Assembly: GCA_041740815.1 (NCBI GenBank)
Contig: JBGSLG010000192.1
Span: 382 to 64,381 of the forward strand
Direction of reading: 5' to 3'
DNA from: Bacteroidales bacterium
GTDB taxonomy: Bacteria > Bacteroidota > Bacteroidia > Bacteroidales > VadinHA17
DNA: 64,000 bases
Below, piece after piece: positions 54,710 through 63,361 of this stretch. Numbering within the stretch: position 1 is the stretch's first letter; each line of letters opens with the position of its first letter. Under the pieces are notes generated by a model. That model saw only the letters and a program-made list of their open reading frames with translations. It searched no databases and was not told the DNA's origin. Both the position numbers and the translations under genes were made by a program.

Positions 54710-57088
54710 TTGATGAGCAGGCGAAGCGCAAAACGGATTCAAGGTGAGTTTAGGGGATCTTGGGTAAGGTTTGCAGTTTTTTTTCCCGAGGTTGAATGGG
54801 GGGTTGGCCTTGTAAGTTTGCGCTTTGTCCTGCTGCTTTTTCTGTTTGCCATTCCTGCGGAAACCAGGCTCTTTTGTCAGACTGAACACGAAGTAAGCGG
54901 TACCAAGGGTTTGGTGATCAGCAGACTATCAGGCCAGATTGATTTTGATGGCATACCTTCTGAGGATGCCTGGTCTGCCATCACTCCCCTGGGACTGATC
55001 ATGCACTCCCCTGTTTTTGGCAAGGAACCCTCAGAAATATCAGATGTCCGAATTTCTTATGATAACAATTATGTGTATGTAGGGGCGTGGCTTATGTATG
55101 ACGATCCTTCACAGATAAGGTCTGCCAGCCTTAAAAGGGATTTCATGGGGCAGGGAGGTGATTTCTTCGGCATTATCCTGGATACATACAACGATGAGGA
55201 AAACGGAGTCATGTTCATGACCACCCCTGACGCCTTGCGTATTGACGCAAGTATACAGAGAGATGCAATGATCAATAACTCCAATAAGATACCGTACAAT
55301 ATCAGCTGGAATACATTCTGGGATGTTAAGACTTCAAGGAATGATCAGGGATGGTCGGTGGAAATGAGGATACCCATTTCCAGCCTGAGATTCCAGCAAG
55401 AAAATGGAATTGTTAAGATGGGAATCATTATCCAGAGATGGATTCCCGAAAAAAATGAAATGGATGTATTTCCGTCCATCCCTCCTGACTGGGGCACGTT
55501 TTCAGTCCTGAAGCCCTCCAAGGCAAATGAAGTCATCTTTCATGACATTCAGCCTCAGAGTCCGTTCTACCTGACCCCATATCTGCTGGCGGGGTACAAC
55601 AGCACCTATGTTCTTAATGATGATGCCAGTAGCTACGTTCCCGATAACAACCCGAAGTTCGAAGCAGGCCTTGACGTGAAATACGGTATAACCTCCAATC
55701 TGGTCATGGATCTGACGGTCAATACTGATTTTGCACAGGTAGAGGCTGATGACCAGCAGATCAATCTCACGAGGTTCTCACTCTATTTTCCTGAAAAAAG
55801 ACTCTTTTTTCTTGAGAGATCAAGCGTGTTTGATTTCAGCCTTGGAGGTAATAACAACATGTTCTACAGCAGGAGATTAGGATTAAGTGATGACGGAAGA
55901 CCGGTAAGAATTTACGGAGGAGTAAGGTTTGTGGGCAGGCTTGGTAATTGGGACGTAGGATTGCTGGATATGCAGACCGCGAAATACACCAACACCCTTC
56001 CGGATGGAACAGTCCATGTTTCTATGCCTTCGGAAAACTTTGGTGCTTTGCGGCTGCGAAGGCAGGTGATCAACAGCAATTCGTACATCGGGACCATGTT
56101 AACCGGCAGGCTGAGTATGAAGGGTGATTATAATGTGGTAGCCGGATTAGACGGAATCTTTAAGCTTTTCAACGATGATTACCTTGACCTGAAACTGGCA
56201 AGGTCCTTTGACAGTGATGTAACCGGAGCCTCTATGATAGGTCCGGCAAGATTATATTCACTCTGGGAAAGACGGACCACGAAGGGTCTTGGATACGCTC
56301 TCGGGATGAGTTATGTAGGGACTGACTATCAACCAGAAATGGGGTTCGAAAGGTTAAAAAATTACGGCTTGTATAGATTCGATCTCAGGTATGGCTGGCT
56401 GCCTGGCGAGAATTCAATCTTACTCCGACATTCCCCGATTATGGAAATCAGATACTTCTACTATGCCGATGAGGGTGATCTTTTAACTTTCAAGGCAAAA
56501 GCAGCTTGGGAGTTTCAGACCAAGAGTAAATGGATCGGGGAACTTTCATCCGAATATAGCCTAGAAAACCTTAAGGATACACTGGCCTTCGGGGATGGGA
56601 CTGTGTTTGTGCCTCCTTCAGTGACAGAGGGTGTCATATTCAGCATAGATGTTACCTCTCCGGACTCTAAAGCATTTTATGTAAAGACGTTGATTGAGAC
56701 AGGTTCCTATTTTGACGGTTCACGATTTTCCGTTACGGCCCAGCCAACGTGGAATATATCCAGGTATTTGGAGATCGGAGCCACATACAATTTTAATTTC
56801 ATTGAGTTTCCGTCCAGGAAACAGTTTCTGAAGAATCATCTTGCGGGCATAAAGGCCTTAATAATGATCAACACCAGGTTTTCCTTCAACGGATTTGTCC
56901 AGTATAATACATCTGACGGTACCATTTCTTCAAACTTGCGCATCAGATATAATCCGAAGGAGGGCAACGACCTTTATCTTGTATTCAACGAAGGCCGCAA
57001 TACTGATCTGACCCGTGAAACACCTCCGCTGCCTGAATACAGTGTAAGATCCTGTATGCTTAAATATACCTATACATTCGCTTTATAA
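54710..57088 (+). CDS. CBM9-like plus DUF5916-type large beta-rich protein
   Basis: 792 aa with a hydrophobic signal-like segment, LVSLRFVLLLFLFAIPA. The N-terminal SGQIDFDGIPSEDAWSAITPL and FGIILDTYNDEENG are typical of the CBM9/DUF5916 proteins I remember. The start codon is uncertain. Confidence 0.5.
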   Translation: MMSRRSAKRIQGEFRGSWVRFAVFFPEVEWGVGLVSLRFVLLLFLFAIPAETRLFCQTEHEVSGTKGLVISRLSGQIDFDGIPSEDAWSAITPLGLIMHSPVFGKEPSEISDVRISYDNNYVYVGAWLMYDDPSQIRSASLKRDFMGQGGDFFGIILDTYNDEENGVMFMTTPDALRIDASIQRDAMINNSNKIPYNISWNTFWDVKTSRNDQGWSVEMRIPISSLRFQQENGIVKMGIIIQRWIPEKNEMDVFPSIPPDWGTFSVLKPSKANEVIFHDIQPQSPFYLTPYLLAGYNSTYVLNDDASSYVPDNNPKFEAGLDVKYGITSNLVMDLTVNTDFAQVEADDQQINLTRFSLYFPEKRLFFLERSSVFDFSLGGNNNMFYSRRLGLSDDGRPVRIYGGVRFVGRLGNWDVGLLDMQTAKYTNTLPDGTVHVSMPSENFGALRLRRQVINSNSYIGTMLTGRLSMKGDYNVVAGLDGIFKLFNDDYLDLKLARSFDSDVTGASMIGPARLYSLWERRTTKGLGYALGMSYVGTDYQPEMGFERLKNYGLYRFDLRYGWLPGENSILLRHSPIMEIRYFYYADEGDLLTFKAKAAWEFQTKSKWIGELSSEYSLENLKDTLAFGDGTVFVPPSVTEGVIFSIDVTSPDSKAFYVKTLIETGSYFDGSRFSVTAQPTWNISRYLEIGATYNFNFIEFPSRKQFLKNHLAGIKALIMINTRFSFNGFVQYNTSDGTISSNLRIRYNPKEGNDLYLVFNEGRNTDLTRETPPLPEYSVRSCMLKYTYTFAL

Positions 57089-57187
57089 AAGGATTGCCTT
57101 TATCCAGGCGATGGCAGAGACATCCGCAAGGATTTGACTTACTCTCTGACGTGCCTTAAGGTATAAAGAGTCAGTATTCCTCTGATG

Positions 57188-57847
57188 TCATTCCTGCGGG
57201 AATCCCACGGTCTGAGCCAGTATAATTGCCTGCAGGGGCCTCAGACCCATCTCAGGGGCGAGCTTATCACGTGGCACCATGGCCCTGATTACGCAACTCA
57301 GACCTTCGGAGGCACAGTACAGATAGACATTCTGTGCCATGAACCCTGTATTTGCCCAGGAGGAGAAAAGGTCGGAGTCCTTTATCTCCTGGCCTTCTTT
57401 AATTCCCCTCTTTGACATGTCTGAAACGTACACCAGGTTTACGGGCGCCGTCGCAGGGAAATCTTGTGTGCCTGTAAGCGCACGGATATCCCTGTTATGT
57501 ATTTGTCTCAGGATATTTTTCTGAGCATCATATAAATACAGTCCGGTCTTCAGTGTGACATAGACATCCATTTCCTGGTAGTTATGTGAAGACGGGGCCG
57601 TTCTTTTCCCGTCAGTCTCGCGGTTGATTCCCCACGCAGCCCAAAGAAGATCGGAGAGCTGCCGGAGGGTTAGTTCCGTTTCTGAAAATAGCCTGGATGA
57701 TTCTCTTTCATTGAGAGCCTCCATAAGAGGTTTCCCGCCGCTTTTTGCAGGAGCCGGAAGAATTATATCCTGAGCTTCAACCATGATGGGCATAAGTATT
57801 AAGGCCAGTATCAGAACTGGGGATTGGATTTTCAATGCATTTTTCAT
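57188..57847 (-). CDS. Nitroreductase-family protein with N-terminal signal peptide
   Basis: Signal MKNALKIQSPVLILALILMPIMVEAQ. Nitroreductase-like RQLSDLLWAAWGINR, TAPSSHNYQ and AQNVYLYCASEGL. Confidence 0.7.
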   Translation of the reverse strand: MKNALKIQSPVLILALILMPIMVEAQDIILPAPAKSGGKPLMEALNERESSRLFSETELTLRQLSDLLWAAWGINRETDGKRTAPSSHNYQEMDVYVTLKTGLYLYDAQKNILRQIHNRDIRALTGTQDFPATAPVNLVYVSDMSKRGIKEGQEIKDSDLFSSWANTGFMAQNVYLYCASEGLSCVIRAMVPRDKLAPEMGLRPLQAIILAQTVGFPQE

Positions 57848-58038
57848 TTTGCGGATCTTTCAGATGGCGGGTAACAAACTTGTGTTTCATTTCTCCAAAC
57901 TTACTCAAATCTGTAAAAGATTTCAAGATTTTTCTCTTACCCAATTTTATGAACAAGCCTGAGATGAAGATTGTTTAATAAATATAAGGGTAAGTGTTAA
58001 AACTCAGTTTTTTTACATAAAGGATTCAAACTGGTAGG

Positions 58039-58389
58039 ATGAAAGCTGGAAACGATAAAAAAATCATGAACTTAAGCAATAAGAAATGTATCCCATGTGA
58101 AGGTGGTATAACGATACTGGATAAGGATAGGGTCGCTGAATATAAAAAACAAATTCAGGAAGGGTGGAGTGTGACGACCAACAAAAAGCTATTTAGGGAG
58201 TTTTCATTTACCGACTATAAGCATACCATGGATTTTGTGAACCGGGTAGCAGATCTTTCAGAGGAGGAAGGTCATCATCCTGTTCTGCATGTGTTCTACA
58301 GTAAAGTGATAATTGAACTATGGACACATGCCATAGGAGGATTATCAGAGAACGACTTCATTCTTGCTTCTAAAATTGATAAATTATAA
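58039..58389 (+). CDS. Pterin-4a-carbinolamine dehydratase
   Basis: Motifs EEGHHPVL and IELWTH, length about 107-116 aa. An alternative start is the Met at 58066. Confidence 0.8.
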   Translation: MKAGNDKKIMNLSNKKCIPCEGGITILDKDRVAEYKKQIQEGWSVTTNKKLFREFSFTDYKHTMDFVNRVADLSEEEGHHPVLHVFYSKVIIELWTHAIGGLSENDFILASKIDKL

Positions 58390-58417
58390 ATGAGGAGGAG
58401 ATTGGATCCTCATTTTA
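58390..58417 (+). terminator. Weak terminator candidate after the dehydratase gene
   Basis: ATGAGGA (58390-58396) pairs with TCCTCAT (58407-58413), followed by TTTT. Confidence 0.35.
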
Positions 58418-58592
58418 TATATCAGGCCTGGCCGGCAGAATAGACGGCTTAGGAACACTTTATAATCCAATTAATGCTATCAGTATAAGTTAACCCGGAC
58501 GAGGCATTTATCAGATCAGAATGGATGACCAATAATGCCTTTGGGTGTGCGCCAGTCTACTTGATGGAGGACTGCCTCATTACAAATGATCT

Positions 58593-60854
58593 TCAGGATT
58601 TATTGTTCAGGACCTCGCTCATCAGGAAATCGCGGTGCGATTTTACCATATTGACAGTATAAAGAACAAGGTTCTTTGTTTCGCTGAGAAGATTCAGATA
58701 CATAAGGGTGTTTCTGGTACCTACAGATTCTGACTTTATATACTTGATCTGCTTCTTTTTTATCCTGTTAATAAGGTCAAGAATTTTCTGCTGCTCGGCA
58801 AGAAGCCCGTCCAGATTTTTATGGCTCTGTTCCCGTATAAGGACCTCAACATGATCATAAAATGAATTGACTGACTCATTGAGTTCATGCAGGTCCTTTA
58901 CCTGTTCCGGAATGATTGAGGGATGATTATTGTCGAGATGATCATAAATGGGGTCGGCAATGTAGGTGAGGCAATGGGCTATTTCTCTCAGGTAGTCAAG
59001 TATCTGAACATAGAAAGGACCTGTTTCGATAAATTCCTCCTCAAGCTTTCTCAGGGTGGGGTAAAGATTGTATTTCAGTTCCTTCGTCCTCTGGTTAAGG
59101 TCATCCACATTCTTCTTTACCTTTTTCATTTTCCTGAAGTCCTCCTTTATCAGGTTAAGGACACTCGAAAAATAAAGTTTCCTGACTGATACCACCACAT
59201 CCATGATTGATGTGTTGCATTTATGAAGGATGTTCAGGCCGTTCAGCGTGAGCTTTTCATCAATCTCATCCTTCTTTGAAATAATGCTTATTTTTTTTCT
59301 GTGTCTGAAAGCTGACCGGATAATTATAAAAAGTGCAATTGCCAACCCTGCCAGGGCAGCGATAATTCCTCCCCAGTTTATTATAAGAGCTATCAGGAAT
59401 GCCATCGTAAAGGCGGTAATCGCAGTAAAGAACCATCCGCCGATGACCGTGACTACGCCCGTTATCCGGTAAACTGCACTTTCCCTGCCACATGCCCTGT
59501 CTGCCAGTGAAGTACCCATGGCCACCATGAACGTCACATATGTAGTTGACAGCGGCAGTTTAAGAGAGGTCCCGAATGCAATCAGGCTGGATGCCACGAA
59601 CATATTGACTGAGCCTCTCAGGAGATCAAAGGATGATACATCTGCCGGGTTCTTAAACTGCTTTTTGTAGGAAATAAAGTCGAACCTTTTTTCTATGAAG
59701 TCAGTAACACTGTCAGGGATAATATGATTGATGAATTTTGAGAACCCGACGGAATGCCTGACAACCGACCTGGATAACCTGGATGAGGAAAATCTCTCGG
59801 ATCCGGAACCCTGCCTGGCCAGGTTAATCTCAGTCTGCGAAACAGTCCTAGCTTTTTTGGATAAAAAGAGAGTCGCAACCATTATAAGCCCGGCTGCGAG
59901 AAGGAATATAGTAGGGGTTTTTACAGGCTCACTCAGGGACCCCATCAGCAAAGTGTCAGGACTGAATGAAGGATCTCCGGCGAAATGCCGGTACGATTCC
60001 AGTCCGGCGAGCGGCACTCCTATGAAATTTACCAGGTCATTACCGGCAAATGCCATTGCCAGTGAAAAGGTGCCGACCAGGACGATGATCCTGAGGATGT
60101 TTACCTTAAAGATTGAAATCAGCAACTGAAGGAAAATTGTGAGTCCTATGAAAGAATAGAGAAGAAGACTAAGAGTATTGTTACTGATCCATTCCAGTGC
60201 TTCGGGCGTTAGAAATGAAGCGCCCTTGGCTCCTTTTACCAGAATGAAATAAATGATGGCTGATATTGCTATGCCCCCCCAGGGTGCGCCGAAATACTTC
60301 ATGTTCTTCTTGTAGTTGAAAGAGAAAATGAGGCGGGTGATGAACTGTATTACAGTTCCGAAAACAAAAGCAATAACAACTGAGAAGAGGATCCCGAAGA
60401 TTATAGCCAAAGCTTTGGCCGTATTTATATAGTTGCCAATGTCTGAAAGATTGTCGGTTGAATTGGAGATTTTAATCAGGGTTATTGCCACAGCTGCACC
60501 AAGCAGTTCAAAAACAATTGAGACTGTTGTTGAGGTGGGGAAACCAAAGGAATTGAATGTATCGAGGAGGATTACATCTGTTATCATGACCGCAAGGAAG
60601 ATGATCATGATCTCAGAAAAATAGAACTGGCCGGGATGAAAAATTCCCGACCTGGCAATCTCCATCATACCGCTTGAAAAAGTTGCCCCAACCATTACAC
60701 CCAGTCCGGCAATTATCAGGATCACCTTTAACGGTGCAGCCTTGGAACCGACGGAGGAGTTGATAAAGTTGGCAGCATCATTGGAGATTCCGACCACCAG
60801 GTCGGAAACAGCCAGAATCAGGAGGGCAATTACAATTATCAGATAAACATCCAC
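58593..60854 (-). CDS. PiT-family inorganic phosphate transporter with a cytoplasmic helical C-terminal extension of about 240 aa (PhoU-like, tentative)
   Basis: Duplicated PiT signatures GISNDAANFINSSVGS and AFAGNDLVNFIGVPLAG, with about 12 hydrophobic segments. After residue 515 or so the protein is hydrophilic, Lys/Glu-rich and helical. Confidence 0.8.
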   Translation of the reverse strand: MDVYLIIVIALLILAVSDLVVGISNDAANFINSSVGSKAAPLKVILIIAGLGVMVGATFSSGMMEIARSGIFHPGQFYFSEIMIIFLAVMITDVILLDTFNSFGFPTSTTVSIVFELLGAAVAITLIKISNSTDNLSDIGNYINTAKALAIIFGILFSVVIAFVFGTVIQFITRLIFSFNYKKNMKYFGAPWGGIAISAIIYFILVKGAKGASFLTPEALEWISNNTLSLLLYSFIGLTIFLQLLISIFKVNILRIIVLVGTFSLAMAFAGNDLVNFIGVPLAGLESYRHFAGDPSFSPDTLLMGSLSEPVKTPTIFLLAAGLIMVATLFLSKKARTVSQTEINLARQGSGSERFSSSRLSRSVVRHSVGFSKFINHIIPDSVTDFIEKRFDFISYKKQFKNPADVSSFDLLRGSVNMFVASSLIAFGTSLKLPLSTTYVTFMVAMGTSLADRACGRESAVYRITGVVTVIGGWFFTAITAFTMAFLIALIINWGGIIAALAGLAIALFIIIRSAFRHRKKISIISKKDEIDEKLTLNGLNILHKCNTSIMDVVVSVRKLYFSSVLNLIKEDFRKMKKVKKNVDDLNQRTKELKYNLYPTLRKLEEEFIETGPFYVQILDYLREIAHCLTYIADPIYDHLDNNHPSIIPEQVKDLHELNESVNSFYDHVEVLIREQSHKNLDGLLAEQQKILDLINRIKKKQIKYIKSESVGTRNTLMYLNLLSETKNLVLYTVNMVKSHRDFLMSEVLNNKS

Positions 60855-61181
60855 TGAAATAAAATTATAAATTATTGACTGGAGATGAAGTGACAGCTCC
60901 TGTCCCAGTCTTATAACTCATCAATCTATTGTTAATTATCAAGTGTTTATACTATTTGTTAAGTTTTGCAGCTCCAAAATTAGTTCAATTATGAAGAAGT
61001 TCAAAGAAATCGACCGGTTACATTTTTGTTACAGTGGCTTAACTAGGGCATGAAACAATGCCGCCATTGTCAGGAATAGAATTGCCGTGGGGAACAGCCG
61101 TTAATAAACATTTGCTTATATTTATAACCTTCGCAGTGGCATGGTATCTTACAATGACGCGTTTAACAAACAGAGAGATTT

Positions 61182-62288
61182 ATGATAAAACGGAAGGGTA
61201 GTATTGCTGCATGCATATGGTTATTTCAAATGGTCCTGCTTGTCTCCTGTTCATCGGAAAAGTCTGACAGGCAGCAGGGACGGTTTATCACTGACTATAC
61301 GGGCCGTTCAGTTAATATACCTGACACCGTTAACAGTGTTATTGCCCTCAGGTCCGGTACCATGAGGCTCCTGGCCTACATGGGCGTAACTGACAGGGTA
61401 AGCCATATAGAAGGAAGTGAACAGAGGCGTAATGTACCCTATCTTCTTGCGAACCCTCACCTGCGCGGTCTCCCGGTCATTGGTGCGGGCAACCATTACG
61501 ACACCGAGTTGTTGGCTGCTGCCGCCACTGATCTTATTGTTGCCACATTCATGTCACCACAGGAGGCGGACAGGCTGCAGCGTGTCACCCGCAAACCGGT
61601 AGTTTTGCTGAATTATGGCGACCTGGGAGAAGGGCGCGATGATCTCTTCAGCACTCTCACTCTTCTGGGTGATATATTTCACCTTGAAGAGAGAGCTGAT
61701 ATAATAAAGGAATACATTGAAGCAACAATTGATGAGTGTGCATCCAGGGCCTCACGTGCCACCGAACCGCCACGGACGGCCTATGTGGGAGGGGTAGCAT
61801 ACAATGGGGCTCACGGGCTGACATCAACAGAAACCGATTATCCGCCTTTCATGATGCTGTCGGTATCCAATGCCGCCGGCATGCCTGGCTCGCGAAAAAA
61901 CAGTGACGGACCAGGCCATGAGGTTCTCTTTATTGAAGCCGAACAGCTGATCGAGTGGGACCCTGAAGTCATCTTCCTGGATGCCGCAGGCCGCCAGATA
62001 TGGGAGGAGGAGATAGCATCAGGGATAATGCAGGCCTCTCTTGCAGCCCTCCGTACAGGAGAGGTTTACACGGTGCTCCCATACAATTGGAACAGCACCA
62101 ATTTCGAGAATCTGCTTTGCAATGTGTGGTATGTGGGTTCGGTGATGATGCCCTCTACGTTTGGCGATGTTGATGTTGCCGGGAAGAGCAGGGAGGTCTA
62201 CAAGCTGTTTTACGGTACTGATATATATGACCAGGTATACGATTATTATAAACCCTTCAGCCAGATGAGAAACGAAAATCGGGAATGA
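61182..62288 (+). CDS. ABC-importer substrate-binding lipoprotein (Fe-siderophore/haem/cobalamin class)
   Basis: Lipobox LLVSCSS. It lies directly upstream of a FecCD permease and overlaps it (ATGA at 62285-62288). Its size and alternating alpha/beta pattern fit class III binding proteins. Confidence 0.7.
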   Translation: MIKRKGSIAACIWLFQMVLLVSCSSEKSDRQQGRFITDYTGRSVNIPDTVNSVIALRSGTMRLLAYMGVTDRVSHIEGSEQRRNVPYLLANPHLRGLPVIGAGNHYDTELLAAAATDLIVATFMSPQEADRLQRVTRKPVVLLNYGDLGEGRDDLFSTLTLLGDIFHLEERADIIKEYIEATIDECASRASRATEPPRTAYVGGVAYNGAHGLTSTETDYPPFMMLSVSNAAGMPGSRKNSDGPGHEVLFIEAEQLIEWDPEVIFLDAAGRQIWEEEIASGIMQASLAALRTGEVYTVLPYNWNSTNFENLLCNVWYVGSVMMPSTFGDVDVAGKSREVYKLFYGTDIYDQVYDYYKPFSQMRNENRE

Positions 62289-63361
62289 GCAGGGAGCATG
62301 AGTTGGAGAAGCAGTATACACGCTTCACGGAGCGCAAGGGCAGGTTCCTCTGGCTGTTAGCCCTGGTGACTCTGCTGCTGGGGGTGCTGGGACTGACACT
62401 CGGGCCAAGCAGCATCAGCCTCAGTGACCTGGCGGCACTTTTTACTTCAGGAGGAGATGAGCTTCATCGTGGGATAGTGATGCAGATCAGGTTGCCGAGG
62501 GTGCTGGCGGGTATAGTGAGCGGCATTGCCCTGTCGGTAAGCGGGGTGGTGATGCAGAGCGTGCTTCGCAACCCTCTCGGGTCGCCATTTACTCTTGGCA
62601 TAAGCAATGCCGCCGCCTTCGGCGCTGCCTTTGCAGTAATTATTTTCGGCGCTGGCAGCATGCACAGCAGCAGCAGTGATGCAGTACTGATAGCAAATCC
62701 TTATGTTGTCACCCTCTCTGCCTTCTTCTGGTCACTGATCGCCTGCTTCCTGATCCTGCTGGTGGCTAAGCACAAGGGGGCGACACCCGAAAACATGATA
62801 CTGACAGGCATCATTGCCAGTTCCCTTTTTACAGCGCTCACCGCGGCCATTCAATATCTGGCTGATGATGTACAGCTTGCCGCCATTGTCTTCTGGACCT
62901 TCGGTGATCTGAGCAAGGGAGGATGGCGCGAGCTGCTACTGCAGGTCATCATCCTGCTCCCGGTGATGATATATTTTTATCGTAACAGATGGAACTACAA
63001 TGCACTTGATGCCGGCGACGAGACGGCCCGCAGCCTGGGTGTCAACATCGGGAGGCTCAGGCTCACCGGAATGATAGTCGCGTCACTTGCAACAGCGGCG
63101 GTGGTATCGTTCTACGGTATCATTGCCTTTGTGGGACTGGTGGTCCCGCATATGGTCAGGAGAATTATAGGAAGTGATGAACGGTTTCTCATCCCGGGGG
63201 CTGCCCTTGCCGGCGCTGCATTTATAGTAGGATGTGATATTGTAGCCCGGACAGTGATTGCACCAATGGTATTGCCTGTAGGGATACTGACGTCGGTCAT
63301 CGGGGCCCCGCTGTTTATTCTGCTGCTGATAAAGGGGAGGGGAGGAGCACAATGGAAATGA
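62285..63361 (+). CDS. FecCD-family ABC transporter permease
   Basis: 358 aa and polytopic. Motifs IRLPRVLAGIVSGIALSVSGVVMQSVLRNPLGSPFTLGIS and GAPLFILLL. Confidence 0.9.
   Translation: MSREHELEKQYTRFTERKGRFLWLLALVTLLLGVLGLTLGPSSISLSDLAALFTSGGDELHRGIVMQIRLPRVLAGIVSGIALSVSGVVMQSVLRNPLGSPFTLGISNAAAFGAAFAVIIFGAGSMHSSSSDAVLIANPYVVTLSAFFWSLIACFLILLVAKHKGATPENMILTGIIASSLFTALTAAIQYLADDVQLAAIVFWTFGDLSKGGWRELLLQVIILLPVMIYFYRNRWNYNALDAGDETARSLGVNIGRLRLTGMIVASLATAAVVSFYGIIAFVGLVVPHMVRRIIGSDERFLIPGAALAGAAFIVGCDIVARTVIAPMVLPVGILTSVIGAPLFILLLIKGRGGAQWK

Noticed and set aside
42500-61100. Impression of a lower-GC, possibly horizontally acquired block starting at the ECF sigma gene
   Set aside because: Hand counts of 60-nt lines gave 37-42% in susC/susD of locus 3. 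They gave 48-60% in the esterase, deacetylase and PiT genes of the same block, and 37-43% in parts of susC/susD of loci 1 and 2. The heterogeneity tracks gene class rather than a block boundary. A sliding-window GC and tetranucleotide computation would be needed.
60855-61181. Cobalamin riboswitch upstream of the BtuF/FecB-like ABC importer
   Set aside because: GCCACTG-like strings occur only on the minus strand (complement of CAGTGGC). On neither strand could I find the ordered AGGGAA / GGTG..AA.TCC / CCCGC.ACTG / B12-box (AG.CAGGA.ACC.GCC) elements. It is reported only as an unclassified candidate structure, and it needs an Infernal scan.
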